A stretch of 64,000 nt of DNA from Octopus vulgaris. Lineage: Eukaryota. Positions 14,790 to 27,781 of the stretch are shown here, one piece after another. Made by a program: the position numbers and the translations under genes. Below the pieces are notes generated by a model. That model was not told where the DNA came from. It did no database searches and saw nothing but the letters and a program-made list of their open reading frames with translations. Positions within the stretch are counted from its first letter, which is position 1. Each line of letters starts with the position of its first letter. The stretch spans positions 38,936,001 through 39,000,000 of the forward strand of contig OX597814.1 in the NCBI GenBank assembly GCA_951406725.2. Direction: 5' to 3'.

Positions 14790-14988
14790 AGTATCCATTT
14801 CTGTACTTAAATAGAAAGGCCGAGTTGCATGCACCAGTGATGTCGAAACATATTTCCACAGCTGACTGAACTGGAGCAACGTGAAATAAATTGCCTTGCT
14901 GAAGAACACAATACACATTCCGGTCCAGGAATCGAACTCCCAATCTCAGGAGTGTTAGCCCGATGCTCTAACCACTGAGCCATGCACC
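14790..14988 (-). mobile_element. SINE family B (tRNA-derived)
   Basis: Reverse complement has A box TGGCTCAGTGG, B box GAGTTCGATTCC, then TTCAGCAAGGCAATTTATTTCACGTTGCTCCAGTTCA. Homologous to 49553-49840. Confidence 0.8.
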
Positions 14989-15186
14989 TTAACTACGATA
15001 TCTGCATAGATGCAAATACATATGCATGCTATTATCTGAATATCTGGAATTTCCACACTGCTCTTTTGTCGAAAGATACTGAGAGTCACTGTTAATTTTT
15101 GCATCAAGTTTCAAACGAGTGAAAAGCATGGATCTATGAAGCTATATCAATAAAACAATAATAATACATGGCAACATCCACAGACA

Positions 15187-15256
<70 letters not shown>

Positions 15257-15289
15257 TGTGTGTGTATGCTTCTATCTATCTATCTATCT

Positions 15290-15361
<72 letters not shown>

Positions 15362-16620
15362 TCGTTTTACAGATGATGATGGATATCCAATTTCCTGGCA
15401 AACTAACATTTAAAAGAGAGTAACTTTCATATCATAATATTTTCGATAATATTTGCAATTATTATCCCTATTATCTATTTCATTGTAATTTCTGTTTTCT
15501 AAACGTGTCAAATATACATGTAAAGTTTTATATACACACACACATACAGATAGAAAATATATATGTATTTGCAATCTAGCATATCTCCTATTTCCGCTTC
15601 CATTTATGTTTTCTCAGACGCTTGCTTACTTTACAAGTTTGCTGTCGTGGAGGGAAGTCCTCATTGCGATACGATAATATTATTTGTCCCTATTCATAAC
15701 AACCCAAAATAATTATTTTGTCCTTATGGATACAACACGTGTTTATTTTACATGCCTTCCATTTATTTTCATCTACACTCCTAATGATAAAATTTAGGAC
15801 TTGATCTTACATATCAGGAGGGAATTATGCTGGGGAAAATAGAACTAGATAAATGGAAAACAATTGTGAATTAAATAAATTATTCCGAACAACCTGATAA
15901 TAGTTTAATCTGTGATTTATTCCTTATCTGTTTATAAATCTATAATATTTACAAAATATATTATCAGAATATTTTGCATTTTATAATATTTTGCATGTCC
16001 AAGTAATTTGTCGAGATCTGTGTAATTGCACGAATACCTTATAAATGTCGGTGGAATATTCACAATCTGAATCTAAATTAGTCATTCATTGAATAAAAAA
16101 AAATAATATTGTCATTTAAATATTGTTTATCTATCTATATAGGAATGCTCCTATAGGTTTTCTGTATTTTATTCATCAGATAAGCATATGTGAAATAAAC
16201 TGTATTGCTTTTTAGCAGGATAAAACAACTGAGATAACGGAACATCATTGAATTATAAATATGTGCAAAACTATTGTACAGTTTATTACTGATTTCAGAT
16301 AAGGAAGAAAATAGAAATTAAAATATATCAAAACCCCTTTCCATACATTGCCGTATAATAGACAAAAACTATTCAAAGTAAAAATTACGAGGAATGATAT
16401 GAAGAAAACAGCCAAGCAGATCGTTATATACATCAAAATTTTCTTTGTATTTTGAGAGTCAAGAAGTGATGTAATTTATATGTCCTTCTGTAATGAATAT
16501 AGTTTATTACGTTATGGTTTGGTTTCCTTATTAGTATCTGTCGAGAAGGTAATCAAGTGATGACGAGGCGGTGGATGTTGAGGATGATGTTCAGGAGAAG
16601 GATGAAAATGGAGCTATAGT

Positions 16621-16672
<52 letters not shown>

Positions 16673-16776
16673 GCTGATGCTGCTGCTGCTGCTGCTACCA
16701 CCACCACCACTACCACTATTACTAATACTAACACTACTATTACTGCCGCTGCTGTTACTACTACTACTACTACTAC

Positions 16777-16812
<36 letters not shown>
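16621..16812. repeat. Compound trinucleotide tract (ACT)n-(GCT)n-(ACC)n-(AAT)n
   Basis: Directly visible. Confidence 0.95.
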
Positions 16813-16814
<2 letters not shown>

Positions 16815-17019
16815 TCTCCAGAAATACATGGAACAAATAGGGCTGCAATAAAGGTGGAGCATTTGCAGAAACCAGCACTGCTTGTAACCGCTCGAATACT
16901 CCAGAAGGTGCTCGGAAAACAATTAGTTCACCGCTAGTTAACAGCTGACACTTTAATACATCTCCAGCGTTAGAACCTGTACAAAGGCAATAATAATAAT
17001 AATAATAATGATAATAATA
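16813..17019 (+). mobile_element. R4/Dong-like RLE LINE 3' end with (TAA)n tail
   Basis: Translates to KVEHLQKPALLVTARILQKVL (R4/Dong C-terminal LQKxALLGTARILRKVL). Flanked by TAA repeats on both sides. Confidence 0.8.
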
Positions 17020-18750
17020 AGGTATATCTTGCCACATTCGTGGATTTTGAAAACATTCGGCACGTGTGGAATAGCTGCGAACGTGTTTGCACTGATTTAA
17101 AACAAGACGCCTTGTTCGAAAACATGCCTTTCCTATAACAACAATCATTTAACCGAGGTAACAATCAAAATGGATATCTGTCAAGAAGACTCTTGTTCAC
17201 CTCTGTTATTTGTTGTAGCCTTGATCCCACTTTCCGTACTCCTACGAAAAGTCAGTGCGCACTGTCAACTGCGATAGAATGGACCACGTATCAACCACCT
17301 TCCCTTTATGGATGACTTAAAACTCTTCGCAAAAACAAAGTCTGAAATGGAGAGGCTGACTGAGACTGTGCAAATGTGAAACAAGGATATAGTGATGGAA
17401 TTCAGTATCTCGAAGTGTATGGGGCTTACGTCGGAGCGGGGAAAAAAAGTAAATTGTAGGGACATAGAATTGACAAACGGGGAGGTTATTGAAAACTCGG
17501 ATGATGATGCGAACCTGATATCTTGCACAAAGAAATGAAAGACAAGTTCATCACAGCATATTTCATGCGCCTTAAACTTCTCTTGAAATCAAAACTCTCC
17601 TCAAGAAACTTTGTGACTGCCATCAACATATGGGCGGTTGTTGTAGGCCGCTATAAGGAATTCATCCCGAAATGGACCCAAGCGGATAATTAACCAATTC
17701 AATCGCACTACCCGGATGACAATGACAATGTATGGTGCCCTTCACCCTAAGACAAATGTATACACGATCTATATGAAGAAGTGTAAACGTGGACATGGGC
17801 GGATTAACGTACGGGACTGCGTCAACAGTGAAAAAAGAACATGTCAGATTATTCGGTAAACAGCAAACCAAACATGCTACAGTATGCTGCTAATGCAGAA
17901 GAATTTAACAAAAATGGGCTCATGAATTCCGAGCATGGACAGTCAACAAGAAAAAAAGAACACTAATCCGCATGCAATAACATGGTGAGTTCTACCGTGA
18001 AGGTAACAAAGTATACGACGAGGAAGCATCATTGAAGTGGCTTAATAAGTGTGACCTAAAGAAGAAGAGTGAAAAGCCTAATTGCAAATAATATACACTA
18101 CACAAATGGAAGGGTCTCTAGAAAAGTTGTTGGAAGAAATTCGAAAGTGTTACTCATACTTTTATTGCTTGTGAAAATGTTGCGCAGAAAGAGTAGAAGC
18201 GTAGACACGACAAGGGAACCTAAAACCTCCACTGACTACTATGTCATAAGTATGGATATGAGGTTGGTACCAACATACACTGGAAAAGGGAATTGACGAA
18301 AAGAAGAAATTTAGCACCGAAGGCCAGATATCGGAACGTTTAGGAGGGCCAAACAAGAGAGCGTAATAATTGACCTAACAATAATGCCAGGAGTTCAACA
18401 TATTATCATGATAAAAAGAGAAGCGTTTGATATATATAGACATGATCACTAAGATGTGGCAGCTACGAGAATCAAAGGTAAAGGCTAACCCTATTGACAT
18501 TGGAGGATTTGGTCCAATACAACCTAATCTGAAAAAAAATATGGCTGATAACTTTAGAAATACCCTACAATATAGAAGTATTGCAAAAGACGACATTAAT
18601 TGGAAGTGCACTCATATTGCGTAAAGTACTGTAGACCTGAGTTCAACTGACAACTTGTACAAAGCACCTGTAGACACAATATATTCAATAAACAATCTCA
18701 TATGTTCTATACTGTGCGGCGTCTATAATAACAATAATAATGATGATGAA

Positions 18751-18821
<71 letters not shown>

Positions 18822-18843
18822 TAATAATAATAATAACAACAAC
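17020..18843 (+). mobile_element. R4/Dong-like RLE LINE, 5'-truncated and decayed (RT to RLE, 3' UTR, (TAA)n tail)
   Basis: GICQEDS..SPLLFVVALIPLS-like and INHLPFMDDLKLFAKTKSEMERL (about 17170-17360). Also MYGALHPKTNVYTIY, IDIGGFG, and the end LQKTTLIGSALILRKVL* at about 18630, followed by (AAT)n. Confidence 0.85.
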
Positions 18844-18859
18844 TTCCAAAAAATGAAGA

Positions 18860-19495
18860 AACAAATAAACAAAATAATTATAGACAACCTGCTTAACAAC
18901 AATGTATAAAATGCTAATATCTGACTTGAGTGAATATCCCTTTTTTTTATTAATAGAAAGTGGCATTTTGCCTAATGGGCAACAAGGAAGTAAACTTGGG
19001 TCATATGGTTCTAAAGATCAGTTACTCCTCAATAAGATGATCTTAGAAGATTGTCACAAACGACACAAAATGTTGGATAGACTATGCAAAAGCTTTTGAT
19101 AGTCTACAAATGTATAAAATAGGACCTAATCTGCGAAACATCTTATCTGTAAATAAAAGATCATGGAGAACTACACTGACTTTGAACAGTGACAATGAAT
19201 CGCTTAATGCTGGAGATGTAAGAATTTCATGTGGCATTTTCCAGCTCGATTCTCTATCATCGTTCCTGTTTTGTCTCTCCTTCATAGCTCTCTCGAAACT
19301 GCTCAATAATGTACAATACGGTTATAAAATGTCTGATAAAAATATAAATCACCTGAGTTACATGGATGATATAAAGCTCTTTGCAGCAAATGACCAACAA
19401 CTACAGGCCATACTAGGGACTGTTAAACAATTCAGTGTTGTGATCAGTATGGAAATTGGCCTCGATAAAAGTGCAAAAGCTAGATTATAAATGAC
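18860..19495 (+). pseudogene. Second R4/Dong-like RT fragment (different family)
   Basis: TCLTTMYK..QQGSKLGSYGSKDQLLLNKMILED..DYAKAFDS..GIFQLDSLS..INHLSYMDDIKLFA..GLDKSAK; RT motifs including YMDD. Confidence 0.85.
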
Positions 19496-19658
19496 CTGAC
19501 CTAGTATTGGTCGAGGCAATGCAACATATGTGCTATATATTTGATGTTGCATGCCACTTTGACCCACGAATATTCAAGAGACAGACGAAAAATAAATAAA
19601 TACAAACTTACATTTCTATATTTATGAGATAAGGAATTATGTACATTATATTCATTAT

Positions 19659-20000
19659 TTATGTTATTTACATTCGAGAGATATTCATCCTCATCTTGTT
19701 TGTTGTTAACGCAACGTTTCGGCTGAAATACCGTTCACATACCCGAGGGCACAGGGCGTATTGGTTAAGAGCGCGGGCTACTAAGCTCAAGATTCCCAGT
19801 TCGATTTCAAGCAGTGACCTGAACAATAGTAATAGTAATAATAATAATAACAATAAAATCGAAAAATACCTTAGGAATGGGGACTCAGGATCGAAATTTG
19901 CCTAAGACACCTGATGAAAGCTGAAGGGTATATCAGCCGAAACGTTGTGTTAACAACAAACAAGATGAGGACAAACATCTGTTGAATGTAAATAATGTAA
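19659..20000 (+). mobile_element. tRNA-headed, hammerhead-containing non-autonomous element with inverted terminal repeat
   Basis: About 19659-19732 is the reverse complement of about 19927-20000. tRNA-like head at 19746-19820 (GGCGTATTGGTTAAGAGCGCGG..CAGTTCGATTTC), then a TAA spacer, then an HHR at 19906-19951. Confidence 0.8.
19906..19951 (+). ncRNA. Minimal type I hammerhead ribozyme
   Basis: gacac CTGATGA a agctg-loop-cagcc GAAA cg TT gtgtt. Stem I acac/gtgt, stem II gctg/cagc, palindromic stem III AACGTT. Confidence 0.75.
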
Positions 20001-20019
20001 ATACACCTTCTTAAGTACA

Positions 20020-20295
20020 AAATAACCCAGCTATGGCAAATGAAGATGGTAAAGAGAGTGTCAATTATTGTTGGGTCGTTGGGAACAGTTTCAGAAGTCA
20101 GTAAAAAGAAAATAAATAAAATTGGAATAGAGTGCCCAGTATAACTGTTTCAATGATTTTTCGCCTTAGTCACGGCCAGATTAATAAGGAAAGGATGGAG
20201 AGTATGGTACCGTAGCCTGCAGCTTACAAGCTTGCTACGCATGCAAGACTCCAGGAGTTCCAACATATCCTGTGATAAAAAGAAATAATATTAAT
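20020..20295 (+). mobile_element. Further R4/Dong-like 3' fragment
   Basis: QLWQMKMVKRVSIIVGSLGTVS..KIGIECPV..VTARLIRK (RLE-LINE C-terminal IIVGALG motif), ending in TAA-like repeats. Confidence 0.65.
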
Positions 20296-23049
20296 GATAA
20301 TAGTAATTACAATAATATACCCTGATGTCATACGATGTAATACAAGTCCCTGTCTTTCATGGCACTTGATCTTAACTGATTGGAAGTGTTATGATGTACA
20401 TGTTTTGTTAGCTACAGCAAATATTCTGCTGAATACCACAAATTGGCTTGTCAGTTGCTTGACGATATGTGCGTCTCTGATAGTAAGGAAGAATACTGAA
20501 GGAGCATCATAGCCGTATGTTGAGAAGAAGTCATTAAACATTTCACCTGGTAACATGGATGTTTTTTCATCATCTTTAAACATTCCTTATTCACAAATGG
20601 GATGGGGTACGTTCCTGAAAAAAATTCTAACTACTCCCTCCCCTGCATGGTAATGTGCTGGTTATCTTTATATAAGATCACAATGTCGCGTACACGTTTA
20701 CGTGGTGCTTGTGCGTAATGTTCCCTTACCAGACGGTTAGTGATGATTGCTATATTGGGCTTCGTATATTTGTACTTCATTGACACAATGATGTAATGAT
20801 GATGATGATGATTCTCTTATTTGCCAGAGGTGAAAGTCAAGGGAGGACAATACAAAGACACATCAAGTGGTGGAGTTTACATATAAGGAAATATGAGAAA
20901 TATATATTTCTTGCTACGCTATTGCTCGAAGATGGTTGGTTGGAAACTAAACAACAGACGAAAAGTCCACCGATAGGTACACTAGCAGAAACCAGATCAA
21001 GGTGACTGTGGTTGATAAAGGAACACAGATGGAGCACTTCAAAATGTGAATTCTAATTTGGTCCTCGTGGCCTCATTCACTTGTAATGTTTTCGTCAAGG
21101 AGTGAGACTCATGTGACACTGACCTACTTGCTTGTGACACAGAATGGTTTTCGACATTGCGGTGGATTTATTCACCTCCTAGGAAACAGCTTGCAATATC
21201 TCTGAGTAGCTTTTGTAATTTCTGCCATGGGCAATCCACCTCAAATATTTATTTCATATGAATGAAGCGCATAAAATATTAGACCAAATACTCCATGCGT
21301 GTTAATATGTCCCTGTATAGAATTTTAAATCGATTTTGTTATGGCAATGAAAAATTTTTCATATTTAGATAACTGATGAATGATTTTTATATTCAGTAGA
21401 TTGGGACAAAGCAGGAATGTGTGATATAGTGTCACACGTTTGCTCAAGAAACACAAGAGATAGGTAAAAAGCTTACCAATAATTATCGGTAAAGCAATAT
21501 GGTACGATGCTGGTCATTCATACATCTTCACTGTACGCGTTTCTGATGATTATAACATAATACATTGATTGATGAAAGAACAAATGAATGTATTTCAGAA
21601 AACTATTCGAATATGTTCCACTTATAGTGTATCCAATGCAATAATTTTCTAAAATGCAACCATTGGCCATACCAGATTTATTGTATTTAGCATCAACTAT
21701 TAATTAGGCTAACTTCAATGTTTAGTAGTGCAGAAATTTGATGGAAAAAGCTTTTAAGATTTGTCAAGCAGATATATATTTAAAGATTTTGTTATATTGC
21801 ATTAGAATACATTTTTCGAAGTTGGTTTTATTTGCATTAAATTTTGTTGAGAGATTTGATTAATCCCTTAAAATGAGTAAAGCCATCGGCCAGGAAATTT
21901 ACGTACTGATTTTCCAACGAAATTGTCTACTAGAAATACAACTGAAAGAGATTAAATCATAAATACATTGGACAGTCCTTTCCGAAAGTGCATTTCCAAA
22001 TATTGGTAGAGGTGACGGATTCAGTGCAAAACCGAATAAATGTATTTCAATCTTTTGTTATTTGAATTTCAATCTCCGATTGAAACCATTTCACTACGTT
22101 GAAATTTTTCTTGATCTTACATAAACTTTTACTTACAGAATACAAAATTTTCAGAGAGTGAAGAAGCGATGAATTATAAACAGAAATAAAACTTTGATTC
22201 CGTCATTTAGGTTTTTCAGTTCAAAATACCACAATATGTACTTCACATTTCACTCAAGATATAATAAATACTAGAAGTATAATAATCAATATTCTTCTTT
22301 CAAACATTGGCGTTGTGCCTAAGTAAGAAGCCAATAGTTCATCATTAAAACTGGAGGTTCATTTCGAGAAATGTTAGATCAGCTTTCCATAACGTCGAAC
22401 AAGAATTATTTCAGTTGTGTAGTCAAATCTTCTACTCAGACGGAATGCGTGCCAGAAAAAAAGAGACAAAAAAGTATTCGACCTATGAGCGATTATGTTA
22501 ATTCAAGAATTTTTTACTGAATTAGAAGTATTCTTTGCTTTAAGATTCCCGTGAGATTTAAATAACAATTATTGTTTAAATCACAATATAAATTTATATT
22601 GTGTATATTTTGAATGTGATATATTTTCCGAAAATATGTTTGAAATATAGCGTATTAATTGCAGCTAATATATAATATTAAAGAAATGGTGGGTAGTGTT
22701 TGTAAGCAGAAGAATCCGGTCATCAATATTTTATCATTTTGGTCCAGTAGTATTACATTGAAATGTGGCCAACTTCAACTAGACGTTTGACACTTCTAGG
22801 ACTATTAAAGAACCAGCACTAAGATACTGAATTCATTTAATCTAATAGCTAAACACTAAAATCTAGAAGGCTGTCTCCTGCAAAACTGAATTAAAATACG
22901 CATGAATATATGATGATTCATATGATTTCAAGTAAAAATACAGACAGCTCGAATGTAGCTGTTCACAATATATTAAGTTTGTCAACAAATGTGACCAAAA
23001 CATATGACCACGAGTGCCATTTTTTTTTTTATATTGACATAAAAAGTTA

Positions 23050-23480
23050 TTCCTGAAATATATTGCGATGAGAAGAGTGGCATTGACTGCTCTTCTTGAA
23101 GAAAATATTCCTCAATCTAACTGTGTTAGATATATTTTTGTGTTTTATGAATTATGCCTGTAGCGCATTGTCTAATCTATTTTCAAGGTATTCTCTACCT
23201 CTCTTGTTTTTCGTCAAAGAAATAGCTCTTATATCGTTAATTACTTCATTCGAATGTGAAATTTCTCATGTTGAGTTCTTCGAAAATCTTCGAAAGCCAG
23301 ATGGGTTCCTTTTCTACGTTTTACTGTGGAAACATTTCTATTGTTTTCTGTGATTTGATATATGGTATGATGTTTGCAATCTTTTATATAATTCTGCTGA
23401 TGTTGACTTCACGTTTCATCCCTTCAATATCAATGAAATTGGTACCAGATGAGTATTGTAGTTGATGCACTAAAATTTCT
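23050..23480 (-). pseudogene. Possible highly degenerate piggyBac-like transposase fragment
   Basis: Minus-strand translation PIWLSKIFEELNMRNFTFE*SN*RYKSYFFDEKQER loosely resembles PGBD MS..RF..I.RY.RFDDK.TR. Many stops. Confidence 0.3.
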
Positions 23481-23689
23481 CCCTCCCACAACTTTGATGG
23501 CCTTATGACAAATTTAAAATCCATATTAACCCATGTTTTACACTGTTAACAAATTAACTGCTTTCCTTTACCCTTTACACAAATGACTTCTTATATAGCT
23601 TATATTATTCTATATATATATTCAGCAGAAATACAAAGAAAGACAGAAATAAGTTAACGTTCTTTCTTCCAGCTTGGTTTCTCTTGGTT

Positions 23690-24625
23690 ATGAAGGTGTT
23701 GCAGTGGTTGGATCCCATTGGTGAAACAGCTTTCATTATGGCAGTCAAAGAATGGTTGTGTGTTGGGGTTTCTCTTTATTATACAAAACACCTTTCGTAA
23801 GTTTTCGTTGGCATGTGATCTTCATAGCCTTTCGTTACTGTCTCACCAAATTGGCATAGTAATCTCCATTAATAGTGTGGCCCTCTTGTAGTTAGTTAAT
23901 TAACACAATGCCTTGTGTATCCAAAATAATTCTCATCACACTCCATGCATATCAAATGACCTTAGCCTTCTTTGGAACATGTGAGGAGGGGTGTTTTTGA
24001 GCATTGTTTGTTATCTCCCTCTGGCTCAAAGTTATTCTGGCTAAAGAAACATTTAGGGCAATCCACTGCATTTACCGCAAGAACTGTCAAATTTTCACGG
24101 CGCGCTCTTGATCAGTTACGAAGAGACATGGCACATAAAGAGTAGAAATCTTCGCCATGCTAAGTTTATTGTGTAGAATATTCTTAGCTCCCTCACAGGA
24201 TATACTAATAGCATTGGTTGTTTCATTAATAGTTAGTCGCCTGTTCTCCATCACCATTTGGCGAAAATGATCAGATTTTTCTTTGGTAATGGCAGTCACA
24301 GGGCACAAAGACCTTGGGGCCTATTTAGGATATTACTTTTCCCTCTTAAATTCAACCGCCCATTTTTTAACATCATGAATGTCGGGGTGGGGGGGCTAAA
24401 ACCTTTTTCTGCAGGTATCCGATTAAACCATGATTCAAAATTTTGCTCATCTTCAATAGAATTCCCTACCAGGTACATCTGAAGTCTTCATAGAATAGGC
24501 ATATATGTTTACATGGAACGAAGAAATGCAGTTATTAATATGAATTATTGAATGCATGCCATATTTCACTTCTGTAGCACCACTCCTTCATAGACTGCCT
24601 ATGAACTTTTCAGCCGAAACTCGTT
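23690..24625 (-). mobile_element. Mariner transposon, decayed
   Basis: ORF 24087-24308 reads RQMVMENRRLTINETTNAISISCE..NILHNKLSMAKISTLYVPCL (the WVPxxL linker region). TIR-like GAACTTTTCAGCCGAAACTCGT at 24603-24624. Confidence 0.85.
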
Positions 24626-24819
24626 TACGTATACATATAAGTGTATGAATTGAATCGCAGGTGTAATCATGATGCTCTGTTAATCTGATGAGTTAGCTTT
24701 CTTCATTTGCTTTTATTTGTGAAACTAAATTTATTTTGTATGCATAGAAATGGTAGCATGTAAGTCCAATTTCACCTCTCATATCTTTAGACTTTTGTAC
24801 ATAAATACACACACACACA

Positions 24820-24940
<121 letters not shown>

Positions 24941-24948
24941 CTCTCTCT

Positions 24949-25349
24949 CTGGCTGTGTGGTAAGTAGCTTGCTAACCAACCACATGGCTCCGGGTTCAGT
25001 CCCACTGCGTGGCATCTTGGGCAAGTGTATTCTGCTATAGCCCCGGGCCGACCAATGCCTTGTGAGTGGATTTGGTAGACGGAAACTGAAAGAAGCCTGT
25101 CGTATATATGTATATGTATATATGTATGTGTGTCTGTGTTTGTGTGTCTGTGTTTGCCACCCTAGCATTGCTTGACAACCGATGCTGGTATGTTTATGTC
25201 CCCGTCACTTAGCGGCTCGGCAAAAGAGACCGATAGAATAAGTACTGGGCTTACAAAAATAAATCACGGGGTCGATTTGCTCGACTAAAAGGCGGTGCTC
25301 CAGCATGGCCGCAGTCAAATGACTGAAACAAGTAAAAGAGTAAAAGAGT
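24949..25349 (+). mobile_element. SINE family A, near-complete reference copy
   Basis: A box TGGCTGTGTGG, B box GGTTCAGTCCC, body, (TG)n linker, and tail GGCGGTGCTCCAGCATGGCCGCAGTCAAATGACTGAAACAAGTAAAAGAG with a repeated end. Confidence 0.92.
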
Positions 25350-25617
25350 ATATATATATATATATACAGAGAATGTGAGAGAGAAAATGAGAGAAATGAG
25401 AGAAAGTTATGTGGTGGGCGTTTGTGCGTGTTTTTAAGTTTGCGTGAAATTATGTAAAATATTTCTTTTCCTGGGGTTATATTTATCAAATCAATTATAG
25501 CTTCGCTTGGGATTGCTCATTTCAGACATGAAGTTAAAATAAAGATGAAACATAAATAATTGCATTGTCGATGATTGAAGTTTATATGGATATTTCATAG
25601 CAAAATAGATATATAAT

Positions 25618-25650
25618 CAGGAGTGGCCGTGAGGTAATAAGCTTGGTTCT
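25618..25650 (+). mobile_element. SINE family A head, split from its body (28240-28562) by two tandem insertions
   Basis: CAGGAGTGGCCGTGAGGTAATAAGCTTGGTTC. The SINE resumes at 28240 with AGAAGCTTGCTTCCCAACCACATTATTCCGGGTTC. Confidence 0.8.
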
Positions 25651-27766
25651 ACTGCGCATGTGCGAATAATTGTGGCGTTTGGCACCAAAGCGAAGAGACG
25701 TGCTCTTGAAGCCGTCTCGAATTGTAAATTTTTGAAGCTCCACTGTAAGGTAAGATTCTGTTTTTTGGGTCCAGTGGTAATTTTTGTTGAGAATTTTTTC
25801 TTGCACAGGCAGGAATCCTACTGGTTTCAGAATTCCGATCTACCTGCATGGAGCGAATATTTTTTGCCACTTAATTGTGAGAATTTTGGGGGGCGTATTA
25901 GTCTTCCTATTTAGTTGTTTATGTTAAGGGAATATTGTTTTCCCTTAATTATGAGAATTGTTGTGTGGAGGATATCGCACCTACTAAAAATTTGTTCACC
26001 TTTTGAAGAATTTGAAAATAATTGTGAGGACCGCTGTTTTGGGGGTGCCTTCGAAGATTGAACAGTTTGTATACCAGTTTTTGTGGAAGTTGAGTTCCAG
26101 TTGTGGCGTTCCTGGTTCAACCTAGGCCGGGAGTACTGAATGGCCGGAATATTTTTTGTGTTTCTGAACTATTGATTTCATTCGTCTAAATTTATCTCAC
26201 TTTCTTTTTTTTGTGAATTGTTTCCTTTTCTCCTTTCCATTTTATTGACTTTCTTTTGATTTCTTTTTTCTTCTCTCTTGTTAAGATTTATTTTGAGCTA
26301 TTTTCGAACCGATAAAAAAAGGGGAAATATAGCAATGAAAAAAGAAAAAGATATGGAGTGGGAGATTGTACAATCAAAAAAGTGGTTGAAAGACCGTGAA
26401 GATAGGACGGTGGTGTTGAGAACCTACTCCAAGTCACCCGAGACCATCGCCCTACCCGAAAAGACCGCAATTGAAAAGGAGTTGGCAGAGAATTTGCCAA
26501 TAATTAAGTTCATTTCCAGGGACGCCAAACACGCAACGGTGTGGTTGCTATTTTATACCCCTGCGAGTCAGCCTTTGGACGGCGAGGAATTTTTTTTCTT
26601 CCCACGTATTGTGGGAAGAGGTTGTCGAAAGTTTTTGTTCTGCGTGTTGCCACCCGGAATAAAACTCGAGTGGATAGAGGAGACTATCCGCCGGGGTCTG
26701 AGTGACAGCGGAGCTAGGCTCATTAATGTGAATGTTTTTCCTGCGGTTGATTGGGTTGGGTCAAATACTGTTTTGAGCCTTTGGACTCAATCATCCAATT
26801 TGTTTTTTCCAGTTCTGTTTTAAATGGACGGTTGCAAGCATCTAGTGTTTCTTGAGGGCCGCTCTCCCAGGTGTCGTCGGTACCTGGAGTTTTGCCATAT
26901 AAAGAAAAACTGTCCCCAGGAACAAAATAAGGTCTTGGAGCATTTGAGTGAGACCTCTGTAGAAGAGAAAATGAAGGCGGCCGAGGAGGCGGAGGACTCC
27001 TCAAACAGGTGCCGCAAGAGGAGGAAGGTTCGCACTGAAGGATCCTAGGGATGAGGATGGGGAGGCAAATCTCTAGGTCACGGAGGAGACGCACCCTCCC
27101 TCAGTTGAAAATAATAAATAGGAAGAGAAACGAGACATTGCCGGCAGTCGGAGATATAGTACCGGATTGTCCTGCAACTACGGCGGTTGGGGTTGTGCCA
27201 CCGACAGGAGAAGTGTGCCGCCAACGGAAGAATTGGATATCCTGTCCCCAGAGGAAGACGAATTATTGATCTTCTATAGAGGCGGAGAGGTTGAACAGGT
27301 GGTGGTAAAGCACCATAAGGGAGCACCTTTATCTTTCACACAGGATCCCGTATGGTCTCCGCAGATAGCTGTGGAGGTCATAACGTTTGACGTGGAGTTT
27401 AGGCTGGAGGGGCTCAATGACAAATATCGCTTGAACCCGGGCGACGCCGACACGGAACACTCTTTAATCTTGAATGAGGCGTAGAGGATGGAAGAGGATG
27501 CGGGTACAACCGATGTTAAGGGCGAGTTACAAATTGTGGCACTGTGACACAATCATTTGATAACCGGCACTTGGCCTTCTTCTTTCTAAACTCCCGGCTG
27601 TTAACGCGGTCTGCTCTGCAGGCGGCTAGATATTTGACTGGGGGACCGGAAGGAGGAGAAGGGAAAATTGATAGTGTATTTTTGATGCTTGATTGACTTT
27701 TTGATTTTTATGTAACAAAAAAAAAACTGTGATTGTAAGGCCCCCATGGCCAATTTGATAAAATAA
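25651..27766 (+). mobile_element. ORF1-only (HAL1-like, probably Tx1/L1-related) retroelement, copy 2, apparently complete
   Basis: About 680-bp 5' UTR, a broken ORF from 26335 to about 27484 with knuckle CRRYLEFCHIKKNC (26872-26913), then a short 3' UTR ending ATAAAATAAA and a target duplication. No APE or RT sequence recognised. Confidence 0.8.
26335..27484 (+). pseudogene. Gag/ORF1-like nucleic-acid-binding protein, disrupted
   Basis: Consecutive ORFs 26278-26823, 26824-27048 and 27167-27484. Degenerate CCHC knuckle followed by a charged/basic region. Paralogous to 6586-7350. Confidence 0.75.
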
Positions 27767-27781
27767 AGAAGCTTACTTCCC

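Noticed and set aside
16571-17148. Poly-T/A/N and poly-L/V ORFs resembling mucin or membrane proteins
   Set aside because: Produced by a compound trinucleotide repeat running into a LINE fragment.
19746-19820. Candidate tRNA gene
   Set aside because: No complete acceptor stem or terminator; it is the tRNA-derived head of a repeat.
20310-21240. Probable further repeat fragments (a non-coding repeat, then a possible minus-strand L1/Tx1-like 3' end)
   Set aside because: No second copy or clear protein motif in the window to support a call.
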